64,000 bases of DNA from an archaeon (GTDB lineage Archaea > B1Sed10-29 > WALL01 > JAGHAM01), in assembly GCA_021107635.1 (NCBI GenBank), contig JAIOSL010000038.1, forward strand, positions 3,512 to 67,511, read 5' to 3'. The position numbers and the translations under genes were made by a program. The notes beneath the pieces are model-generated. The model was not told where the DNA came from. It was given only the letters and a program-made list of their open reading frames with translations, and searched no databases. Of the stretch, positions 48,101 through 54,747 are shown one piece after another (the stretch's first letter is position 1; each line of letters opens with the position of its first letter).

Positions 48101-49082
48101 AATGACCGAACAACACAAAGTAGAAGAAAATGACATTGCAGTAAGATGCTTCACAATTGGAGGTTCACCAGGAAAAGAACTGCCAAAAGAAAGAGAAGTC
48201 ACAATAGACTATCAAGAACCAGAAATAACAGTTAGTTCTACAAACTATAACAAAAAAGAAGGAAACCTCTATAACCTAACATTTTACGTCCAAGACAACT
48301 TTGACGTCGAAAGCTGTAGCGTCAAATACCTAAACGATACAGACCAAGACGGAACACACGAAGAATACGACTGCCCACAATGCTCATGCGAAACAATAGC
48401 ACCAAACCAGCCAGGAGACACACAAATAGAAACACAATGCGAACTCTATCTCGCACAAGAAATGGATGCAACCGAATGCGGAGGAGAACAAAAAGGCAGC
48501 GAATGCCACAACAAATTCAAAATCACATGCACAGACGAAAATGCTAACGAAATAAGTGCAGATGTATCAGTAGCAAATGGAGAATCTTCACTAAACATAA
48601 CCTTCCCCAATGAAATCTTCGCTGCATTAATAAGACTAACAGGAAACTATGGAATCGCTACAACAGAACCAGGATACATAGAACCAAAAAACGCAAGCAC
48701 TAAAGTAGTATACAAAGAATCAAACAATGTATACTATACCAACTCAGAAGTAAATGACCTAGAATTCCACATAATGGGAAACTACAATATTGACGAAACG
48801 TGTGTTATGTACTTAAGAGACCCTGATGATCCAGATGGAACAGAACTAGGAACAAGTTGGTATGACCAAGTACACTACCCCAGCACGATAACATCAATAG
48901 TAGGAGAATCAACACCAACAGATAAAAAATTCTATCTTTCAACCACCTCAGACGAAATAAAACTAAAAGAAGATGGACATTACCTCTTCAGAGTAATATG
49001 CGGAATCCCAGAAAACTATGATAATCTGCAAGCAGAGGGAGGAACCCTCAACGACCTAACAGAAGATTCACCACTTCCTTGA
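42189..49082 (+). CDS. Giant surface protein (2297 aa), paralogue of the upstream gene
   Basis: 6.9-kb uninterrupted ORF; 28 of the first 53 aa identical to the 33470 gene product without gaps; same TM position; CarboxypepD_reg-like motifs (GAKVSVVQGGWARTETTGTDGKVEFKRVPRGEATV). Confidence 0.9.
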   Translation: MPVKDYYYEIEDQYYSLLDKLDEKGIPVYNLVDPLEERGIPTFPLLIGLVLLLLLLFIYFLVGGFGQSLTIDLMGNSIGTFDLPTIHNVLGGTLPWIDDIIPVLNIGDEITIKVNVNSNDAPLEGAKVSVVQGGWARTETTGTDGKVEFKRVPRGEATVTAKKENCSKETKTINETGEITFNLKCGLSWPGVEGCMEIDETLYKANLVGTDNKRPEQCTLAIYDNQTKTVNLDWRIDPIKNILYIDPSECVISDYVVVIDCLAHERRDQARIIIIEMDGIGDVRLNPKDTNPTDCPPGEQWDDALLECVPITNPCGDNEIWNEELQECIPIIPDDEVAIYIVVNDTNGDYLSGITVKAIDSTGAEITEGTTQDVTGTAGTATLSLKENQNFRITAEDPKGDYSTITTGEYVADETQTITITMEAGAQTTIRVIDKEDKSRISGAVVWLYEIPHTEVTNTNGEVELTLPASETFKVQVYKNYSPYIGIESSVNSGEVNIIELEKVLPIMSGNLTLTAKNYHDHEETMEGVTFKVTTKIGNVTQKSCITDSNGECYMPFLEKGDYNVYATPRMGESQHAGDVTIVAGTTTEKTFYVKPATTLLKIWVKHGNNPYTPNAMVSILTENQFNEWEIMPGMSGETDGYGYKEFEIPKNTKIKVKGTHDESGTHYSAIWGPQTITESEKEITLELKKTEVAISFSPEMELTPKDTKTGNLYFGLPYVDEVTQTKYDTILIELWVGSDGEATDPIATPILINGFNSNSLEQDDVSVLRCSKYPCSSSSCCNIGDGEQFKYLKLEIQNTDEFYEDIGTASIELELYAKEILSTDHTYVNMKGTWTSTAGDRTSENKTLINLTSGSPWTPHPPPGEGFTGHRAGYTEDPFQEKPWSPQWSTYNGSNFYLMIDAVAAGDMSTYQIKIEDQPDAKSYLMINNYNISITKQDGTQLSESKKTLNQKLPTGGYNINPVADLGNYYALEMEDTLHLKIELQAIAPTEGQYYETYIFEDYDDLKFKIIELDGENNETTEVTNITSSNRAWQTYICAPPTFIPGCGWGTINETKIEQGYLLPVWSQQGARNFQFKFTLNNIGDQDKVLDFAATGAITLDYIPQDIIVPAGSSVSTFINGTGLASTQGTLEISMGLDGGTMKLWKTANFGQVDYEYTLWTTTSMIELEEEVLTNIDSLKAKLSRNGNALEDNAIKVEFQCWEGGDYNNVKTLWRDNDYYKYETALQLEPGENACILFAEHPEIGSMGKFYHVQGMKIEPIGSDFPLHTFSQDYQEYSIDIVMINSSWLEPKNFTLDTLEFFELTEAYDMTIQVETFNQDGSTYDTKSSTTPITENITIPEQGSALITLIATYDPPSVGNEPLCSQSGFDFNGNIKITPYSQPTTQYNYNYNCTAGGSGGGWGDCECDRDGDTITTELTAADSSEIHTVNLISKTEEDLEVTIDFSEDSDATSKGYTMTPSIKIYNSTDDLIEQQTVSPGTPIIVTLPAEGTIKFQLNASIDPLEQEGNGWTCEGGLGWYAYNILTFTPEGNSDKEVYFIHTCSKTGGNGGATGELILRETLTPTEILGTDYDYSCDYIEDVKTRLCDAKQLANAIKRFKQDYEEDMPLSLTATFAFGEDHLDKPDMEKATGNTVSFNPDNHQAELVFDLQGATAITCGVISVTATRQAEGYTLLTINNDQNKPWCDSTPKKPYFFTGTANYDEGLSTDSENTKYMRFEGDDTELTYFKNAMLTSINGIEIEDVLGYHYKGGADLEKPGTTIPPIHVIYNDLNCTEEGDSGPRDYLDCPKPDGTPVDLAWLQQAFREQGHELGGYYHYVQDNGVDKFYIGLIYSSATLTENSDLNLMRRLLVGNLMSHWTIGNNSCIQDEEEELILRGSTTCGYCSSGIYDEILLEEYTTTKPSTTTPKESVGKSPDHNSIGIHLKVHLDAGKCKIWNKQKETNVQWITRGDGNWNSNEFTENFPIDTTGMTEQHKVEENDIAVRCFTIGGSPGKELPKEREVTIDYQEPEITVSSTNYNKKEGNLYNLTFYVQDNFDVESCSVKYLNDTDQDGTHEEYDCPQCSCETIAPNQPGDTQIETQCELYLAQEMDATECGGEQKGSECHNKFKITCTDENANEISADVSVANGESSLNITFPNEIFAALIRLTGNYGIATTEPGYIEPKNASTKVVYKESNNVYYTNSEVNDLEFHIMGNYNIDETCVMYLRDPDDPDGTELGTSWYDQVHYPSTITSIVGESTPTDKKFYLSTTSDEIKLKEDGHYLFRVICGIPENYDNLQAEGGTLNDLTEDSPLP

Positions 49083-49098
49083 GTAACAACTCAAGGAA
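49075..49098 (+). terminator. 10-bp hairpin spanning the stop codon of the 2297-aa gene
   Basis: TTCCTTGAGT (49075-49084), loop AACA, ACTCAAGGAA (49089-49098); perfect inverted repeat. Confidence 0.35.
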
Positions 49099-49242
49099 TT
49101 TCAACAATCTCCTAGAAAACGCTCAAGAACTACTCTTAAACATATTGTCCTACTAGGCTAGAATGTATACAAATACTACACCAAGGATAAACTAGTGCGT
49201 ACATTCACCACAATAAACCTGCTAACGCGTTAACGGCAAGGC

Positions 49243-49250
49243 TTTTATAT
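49243..49250 (+). promoter_or_regulatory. TATA-box-like element for the small-membrane-protein array
   Basis: TTTTATAT centred ~25 nt upstream of GTG 49272 (leaderless spacing). Confidence 0.35.
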
Positions 49251-49271
49251 TCTAGTAGCATTGATACAAAC

Positions 49272-49583
49272 GTGGTATTTGAAATCCTAGGAGAAATAAA
49301 AAACAGTTTTGAACTCCTAATGCTAGGATTCAAAATAGTCCTCATGATATTCCTAATAGGCTGGGTAAGAGGACATCTAGGAGGAGGACTCATAGCAGCA
49401 GTAGTCATACTAATCCTAGGATACTTTGTAATATTCGAATACTTCATAATATTCGGACCAATGTTCCTATTCTACCTCATAATAATCATAGGAGGCGGAG
49501 TAGTAGTCCAAGACCTAGCATTCGGCAAAGAACACTACACTAAAGGCGGAAATGACTACAGTGAAGGATACCCACACCCATAA
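49272..49583 (+). CDS. Small membrane protein 1 of 8 (about 3 TM)
   Basis: GTG start downstream of TATA-like box; 103 aa, hydrophobic Gly-rich helices, short polar tail. Confidence 0.5.
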   Translation: MVFEILGEIKNSFELLMLGFKIVLMIFLIGWVRGHLGGGLIAAVVILILGYFVIFEYFIIFGPMFLFYLIIIIGGGVVVQDLAFGKEHYTKGGNDYSEGYPHP

Positions 49584-49681
49584 GGTGATAAAAAACGAAA
49601 ATAAATCAAAAAGGATTCCTGCCAGCCCTAGCTGGAATACCGCTAGCACTAATCGTAATAGTAACAATATTCCTATTCCTA

Positions 49682-49951
49682 ATGGTAGGACTTCCCGCAA
49701 TCATGGAATTCTTTCCTATACTCAAGCTGCTCTTCATGCTCTTCGCAGCACTAATCATATTCAACTGGATAAGAAACACAGTAGGACCCGGAACACTATC
49801 CCTAGTAATCGCAGCAATACTAATATACATATTCGTATTCCAACTCACATGGATCACCTGGGGAATATGGGTAATGTACGCACTACTAACATACGGACTA
49901 TGGTCAATACTCTTCTGGGGCATACCACTCGTATTCAAAGGAAAAACTTAA
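49682..49951 (+). CDS. Small membrane protein 2 of 8
   Basis: 89 aa from the first ATG; hydrophobic; in-frame upstream codons 49592-49681 encode a further TM helix without a canonical start. Confidence 0.5.
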   Translation: MVGLPAIMEFFPILKLLFMLFAALIIFNWIRNTVGPGTLSLVIAAILIYIFVFQLTWITWGIWVMYALLTYGLWSILFWGIPLVFKGKT

Positions 49952-49991
49952 AAAAGAAAGAATGCAAAAAATATGTAAGAGGTAGTTGGTT

Positions 49992-50231
49992 ATGGGAGAT
50001 ATATTCAACGACGTGCGACTCGCACTAACACTGATAGTACTAATATACCTATCCCAATGGGCCATATCAGGAACCGGCTCAAGAAAGATAGGAATAGTAG
50101 TAGCACTCGTGCTCGTATACCTCACAGTTTACCAACACTTCATACTACTAGTACTAGTAATGGCATTCTTCTTCGGATATGCCTTCTTTGAATCATTTGA
50201 ATCAACATTCATCCCATTAAATCCAGAATAG
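49992..50231 (+). CDS. Small membrane protein 3 of 8
   Basis: ATG 49992 8 nt after AGAGGT (TTG 49986 alt); 79 aa, 2-3 TM. Confidence 0.5.
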   Translation: MGDIFNDVRLALTLIVLIYLSQWAISGTGSRKIGIVVALVLVYLTVYQHFILLVLVMAFFFGYAFFESFESTFIPLNPE

Positions 50232-50241
50232 AGGTAAAAAA

Positions 50242-50541
50242 ATGATAGACACATTCACACTAGTGGTCTTCCTCATCCTAATAATGATAACACTGCAAGT
50301 TCAACGCCTAGAAATAGCAGCAGTAATCATACTCATATTCCTACTAACCCTCAAATCACACACAATGATATTCATAGTCCTAATCGCAGGAGCAATAGGC
50401 TACATAGTACACCAAACACTAGGAATAGAACTACAACTAGTCATGATAAGCATAGTAGTCCTCATAATCGCAGCAGCAATGTTCACAAACAAAAAAGAAG
50501 GCCCAGGCGCGTACACGCCAGGAATGTTTGGAGTGATATGA
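50242..50541 (+). CDS. Small membrane protein 4 of 8
   Basis: 99 aa; GAGGT SD; ~3 TM; tail KKEGPGAYTPGMFGVI. Confidence 0.5.
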   Translation: MIDTFTLVVFLILIMITLQVQRLEIAAVIILIFLLTLKSHTMIFIVLIAGAIGYIVHQTLGIELQLVMISIVVLIIAAAMFTNKKEGPGAYTPGMFGVI

Positions 50542-50886
50542 ATGGATGTGCTCACGCTAGTACTGCTTTTTCTCATAATAGTGATGGGCATGACAGTTCC
50601 AAACATGCAATTCATTTCATTGATTGGAGGAATAATCATGGCAACATACATTTTTGGAGCTAGAGAAGACCATCGACCTCCAGCACCTGCAGGAGGAATA
50701 AAAGTCAGGCCAATAGTAGTACAAAGAAGATATGTAGGACCAGACTCAATATACCCTCAAGAAATGAAAATGAGAGTAAATCCAGCCTGGGACAGCAGAC
50801 CATGGTTTGAACAAGCATCTGCTGCAGCAGGACAGTTCGCTGGATTCGTAGCTAACACAGGCAAACCCAGTAGACCAAAGGATTAA
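50542..50886 (+). CDS. Small membrane protein 5 of 8, PAGG-motif family
   Basis: 114 aa; ATG abuts previous TGA; 2 TM then RPPAPAGGIKVRPIVVQ..MKMRVNPAW..GQFAGFV. Confidence 0.6.
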   Translation: MDVLTLVLLFLIIVMGMTVPNMQFISLIGGIIMATYIFGAREDHRPPAPAGGIKVRPIVVQRRYVGPDSIYPQEMKMRVNPAWDSRPWFEQASAAAGQFAGFVANTGKPSRPKD

Positions 50887-50925
50887 AATACCACAAAATG
50901 TATATTTATTGCATTGGGTGTGTGA

Positions 50926-51315
50926 ATGGATAAACCGATAGGTTTAATGATAGTAGTGGCGTTGCTAGCGTTCTTTCTTAAATTAGAATGGCTGGCAATG
51001 GTCATGATAATAGGAATACTGCTCATTCTAGTTGCATCCATAGAGTTAAGAAGACCTTCTCCAGTACCAGCAGGAGGAAGAAAAGAGGAGATTCTCACTC
51101 CTGTAGTAGTTCAAGACCTAGGAGAACCACCTTATTTGTACCCACCGAACTTTGAGCTCAAATATAATCCGAACGAATCATTGATGCCACTTTATGATAT
51201 AGCAGGACAATCACTAGGCTCACTAGTAAGATTCTTCGTTAGAGCAGCAAGAGGAGACCCTCAAGCATACAGAAGCGGCAAAGGCAAAGTTGGCAGAAAG
51301 GTGAAATGGAGATAA
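50926..51315 (+). CDS. Small membrane protein 6 of 8, PAGG-motif family
   Basis: 129 aa; 2 TM then RRPSPVPAGGRKEEILTPVVVQ..FELKYNPNE..GSLVRFFV; basic tail. Confidence 0.6.
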   Translation: MDKPIGLMIVVALLAFFLKLEWLAMVMIIGILLILVASIELRRPSPVPAGGRKEEILTPVVVQDLGEPPYLYPPNFELKYNPNESLMPLYDIAGQSLGSLVRFFVRAARGDPQAYRSGKGKVGRKVKWR

Positions 51316-51319
51316 GAAC

Positions 51320-51685
51320 ATGGATTTAGATATGCTGCTTTTGTTAGTGATTTTAGGAGGACTTACTTATTACTCGCCTTATCAATGGGCAGCATACATA
51401 ATCGGAGCGATAATTCTTCTCGTCTTCTTGGTTGGAGGAACCAACAGCAAGAAACAAGACTATCGCATCCCTGTAGGGGGAGTGCGAGTGCATGGAGCTG
51501 AAATGGTTGAACCAATCATAATAGAAACGACCAAGACAGCTCCCTTCCGCATACCAAAAAGCATTGATATGAAAGTCAATCCAACCTGGAAAGCATTAAG
51601 CCAACTAGAAAAAATGAGTTATAAGGGAGGCGCAGGCTTAGCCAGGTTTGTTTACCGGAGTGTGTTTGGAGGTAGGTGGGAGTGA
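51320..51685 (+). CDS. Small membrane protein 7 of 8, PAGG-motif family (PVGG variant)
   Basis: 121 aa; 2 TM then YRIPVGGVRVHGAEMVEPIIIE..IDMKVNPTW..AGLARFVY. Confidence 0.6.
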   Translation: MDLDMLLLLVILGGLTYYSPYQWAAYIIGAIILLVFLVGGTNSKKQDYRIPVGGVRVHGAEMVEPIIIETTKTAPFRIPKSIDMKVNPTWKALSQLEKMSYKGGAGLARFVYRSVFGGRWE

Positions 51686-52104
51686 ATCCATTCCTCCTGA
51701 CAATAGCTATTGCTTTTTTTGGTTTGTTGTTCAATGCACAATGGCTTTTCTTGTTAGGTGCATTAGGACTCATCATAACAGCATTATTCAAACTTACTGC
51801 CAAGCCAATACGTGCTCCGGCAGGAGGAACCGTGGTTTCACATAAACTAATGCAGGCTCCGATAGACGCATGGGATGAAGAGAACATTGCCACGTACATG
51901 ACTGCATTGGGAGGACAGAGAACTCTTACCATGGGTAACATGGATGATCCGTTCAAAGTACTCTCAGATAGCAGTAAAGGATCAGTACCAGCTGATTTAA
52001 TACGTAATAGGCTTCCTTTCAGTAATTATGGCAGAGAAAGCCTTTTCGAACATTTTTTCATTGGTCTGCCAATTAACATGGGCACACTATTCCGAAAGAA
52101 GTGA
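51676..52104 (+). CDS. Small membrane protein 8 of 8, PAGG-motif family (divergent tail)
   Basis: GTG start overlapping previous gene; 2 TM then KPIRAPAGGTVVSHKLMQAPID; longer divergent tail. Confidence 0.5.
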   Translation: MGVNPFLLTIAIAFFGLLFNAQWLFLLGALGLIITALFKLTAKPIRAPAGGTVVSHKLMQAPIDAWDEENIATYMTALGGQRTLTMGNMDDPFKVLSDSSKGSVPADLIRNRLPFSNYGRESLFEHFFIGLPINMGTLFRKK

Positions 52105-52138
52105 AAGTTTATTAAACGGGATTGCTTTAAAGAGGTTT

Positions 52139-52747
52139 ATGCGAGCCTCTAGCGCAATTTTATTTTTGATTCTAGTTTCTGGAGCATTTGCAATAGAACC
52201 AGTAATAAACAAAGAAGATTTAACTGAACTTGGCTGCACAGTAGAAGAAAACTATGTTATGTGTCCTCAAGTAGCAACTGTCAGAAACGCTCAAATACAA
52301 TACACCAGTGACGTAGAATGCCAAACTTTGCTTGGAGAAGACCAAGGATGCATAGGCACAGCAAAAATTGGTGAAATTAAGTTCAAAGAATGTCAAGTAT
52401 ACATGCCTTTACTCCAAGGAGACGTTGATTACAGTGGAGTGCAATACAATTATAATTGCATAGACAAAGAACTGCCCGCAAACACAGAAGTCAACATTGT
52501 TACGTTTCAAGATTTGGTAACTGATTGCACGCTGGTTGAAGGCGATGAATACTATGAAGTCAAAACTTGCAAAACCAGCGGGTCAAGAATAATAGCTAAC
52601 ATTTCCGTGTCTGAAGAAGAAGGAGAAAAATATGTTCTGGTAGGAAACTCTTTTCCTGACACTGGCTTCCACTTTGAATTATGGCAATTTGCTGTACTGA
52701 TTGTCTTGGCAATAGCTTTGTGGGTATGGTACAAAAACAGAAAATAG
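52139..52747 (+). CDS. Secreted Cys-containing protein with C-terminal TM anchor (202 aa)
   Basis: ATG 52139 behind AGAGGT gives signal peptide MRASSAILFLILVSGAFA-IEP; 8 Cys; C-terminus ..FPDTGFHFELW-QFAVLIVLAIALWVW-YKNRK. Confidence 0.6.
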   Translation: MRASSAILFLILVSGAFAIEPVINKEDLTELGCTVEENYVMCPQVATVRNAQIQYTSDVECQTLLGEDQGCIGTAKIGEIKFKECQVYMPLLQGDVDYSGVQYNYNCIDKELPANTEVNIVTFQDLVTDCTLVEGDEYYEVKTCKTSGSRIIANISVSEEEGEKYVLVGNSFPDTGFHFELWQFAVLIVLAIALWVWYKNRK

Positions 52748-53209
52748 TTACTGACCGCCTAAACGAGTAAGCATTTTCTTGTTTATTTTAATCAAACTTT
52801 CATTCAACCGCTTAGTCGCTGCAATCATTGGCTTTATTTCTTCAATATCAGTTCTTATCTGCTCCAAATCTTCACGAATCTGTTTAATTTCTTCAGTAGT
52901 AAACACTTGCTTTTCATGCACTTCACCTAACTGAGTATGAACGCGCTCTATGTCATTCTTATGCTCATCTAACTTTTTTATCGCAGGTCTTAAATGATCT
53001 CCACTCTCAAGAATCTCCTTAGTTTCAACAGCCTGCTCATGCACTTCAGCCACATTTACCGTTGGCTTAGCCTCAATGATAATATCATTAATTTCCTCGT
53101 CATTCAAACCCATCTGACGCAAATTAGTCTCAATGTCTTTTCGAGGCACACCCTGCGCGCTCATTTCTTTGACTATTGACACAATTTTATTGAAAACTGA
53201 GCGCTCCAT
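52748..53209 (-). CDS. Coiled-coil protein, unknown
   Basis: ATG 53209 behind GGGGGT SD (MERSVFNKIV..); heptad-rich E/K/I/L C-terminal half; ORF-track start 53254 less likely. Confidence 0.45.
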   Translation of the reverse strand: MERSVFNKIVSIVKEMSAQGVPRKDIETNLRQMGLNDEEINDIIIEAKPTVNVAEVHEQAVETKEILESGDHLRPAIKKLDEHKNDIERVHTQLGEVHEKQVFTTEEIKQIREDLEQIRTDIEEIKPMIAATKRLNESLIKINKKMLTRLGGQ

Positions 53210-53616
53210 TGTTACCCCCAACATTTTTAAGTTATGAGGTAATAAAACAATCACTAGATATATAAAAGGTTAGGGTGATTTAACGAAGACTCTTGAACTT
53301 CCTCATGGGCCATGGAGGCAGGTATTATCCGGAATCTGGGATAACCGTGAAATATCATATCATGAAAATCCAGACAAACTCTTACTAGTAATGATCTATG
53401 ACAGGAAAGGAGAAGAAGTAAGAGGAATGGCCACCCTAATGACCAAATTTTTTTTCATTAAAGGAAACGCTTCCAGTCTAGCCAATGAACTAGAAGGAAA
53501 CATCATACTAATCCAAAAAAAAAACAAGTGAATTCAAAGGATCTTTCCTAGGATTAACCACAGACCCAGTCTACGTCGAATACAGTCCACGAAACCTCAT
53601 CAACCAAATAGACAAC

Positions 53617-54747
53617 ATGCACAAAACAATAGAACAACTAAACCAAGAAACACTCAGAAAATCAAGAGATTACAACATAGACTTAATAGACATAAAACAT
53701 GCACCTAAAGAAACACTAAGAGAACTGCTCGGCGAACCACTTGCCCTGCCCTCTGCAATAACAAGAAAAATAGGACCCCAAACAACAATGGAAAACCCAA
53801 CAGGACAAGTATTCCTAGGCATTGACCTGCAAAGAAAACCCGTGAAAGAACCAATAAAAAACTTTGCTTTAACCATACTATCAGGAGAAGACACAAAAGC
53901 AGCAGCACACGTAATAATGGAAGGATTCATACTAAATGGCATACCTGGCATCATTTTTGACGCTAAAGACGAATTCGCACGAATGGACACACCAAACCGC
54001 AAATCAACAATCCAACAATATAGCCAAGAATTAGAACCATTAAGCATGCCACTAAGAAACTTTAACCCAGGCAACGATGTGTTCATTGATTTAAGCGCAA
54101 TAAATGAAAAATTGTTCTCGGATATTGCAGGAATGAACGATAAAAAAACCGCCGAATTAATAGGAAAAGCCATATCAGGAAAAAAAATACGAAGACTAGA
54201 AGAAATAATCAAACGCATGGAAAGAGTAACAGAAGAAGAACAACGATATTATGCTTCTCGCGCATCACGCATTTGTAGACTATTAGAAGATATTCACCCC
54301 GGCTTGTTCAATGGACCAGTAGAAGCAAACGAACTAATCGCACCCTGGATGAAAAGAATAGGACGAATCGCACATATCAATTTAGTCGGCCTCGACAAAC
54401 GCATAATAAAAGGCATCCTATACTCAGTAGTACGCACTGTCTACGAAGAACTAAAAAATGAAGCATCTCCAGAACAAATTAAAATAGCTATTCTGATAGA
54501 AGGACCAGACATAGTAAGCGGAAAAGGAAACTACATAGACAAAGAGATAAACGCTTTAATCAAACTTTGTACAAGCACAGGCATAGGCATTTGCATACGC
54601 ACACCAAACGAAAACGATTTAGACAGAGATTTACTAATGAACGCAACAGCAAAAGTAACATGCCTAGAAAAAAACCAAATTTCAATAAAAACCCAGACCA
54701 ACAAACCCTACAGACTCTTATTAAGACCAACACTTAGCTCTTATTGA
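53617..54747 (+). CDS. HerA/FtsK-superfamily (DUF87-like) protein with degenerate Walker motifs
   Basis: 376 aa; order GQVFLGID..TILSGEDTKAAAHVI..GIIFDAKDEF..IAHINLVGLD..KIAILIEGPD..STGIGICIRTPN parallels HerA, but the GxxGxGK[ST] P-loop and acidic Walker B are not conserved. Confidence 0.4.
   Translation: MHKTIEQLNQETLRKSRDYNIDLIDIKHAPKETLRELLGEPLALPSAITRKIGPQTTMENPTGQVFLGIDLQRKPVKEPIKNFALTILSGEDTKAAAHVIMEGFILNGIPGIIFDAKDEFARMDTPNRKSTIQQYSQELEPLSMPLRNFNPGNDVFIDLSAINEKLFSDIAGMNDKKTAELIGKAISGKKIRRLEEIIKRMERVTEEEQRYYASRASRICRLLEDIHPGLFNGPVEANELIAPWMKRIGRIAHINLVGLDKRIIKGILYSVVRTVYEELKNEASPEQIKIAILIEGPDIVSGKGNYIDKEINALIKLCTSTGIGICIRTPNENDLDRDLLMNATAKVTCLEKNQISIKTQTNKPYRLLLRPTLSSY

Noticed and set aside
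49552-50028. 158-aa plus-strand ORF and 110-aa minus-strand ORF (49606-49938) overlapping small membrane genes 1-3.
   Set aside because: Their products are low-complexity basic/Asn-Thr-rich or shadow sequences. The alternative frames encode coherent TM proteins with SD or TATA signals.
52028-52138. N-terminal extensions offered by the ORF track for several genes: 52028-52138, 53210-53254, 55283-55327, 61166-61300, 20241-20258 and 28811-28825.
   Set aside because: In each case an internal ATG is preceded by an SD-like or TATA-like element. It also removes an overlap with a neighbour or produces the expected N-terminus (signal peptide, the PolB MKGVLLNV start, and so on).
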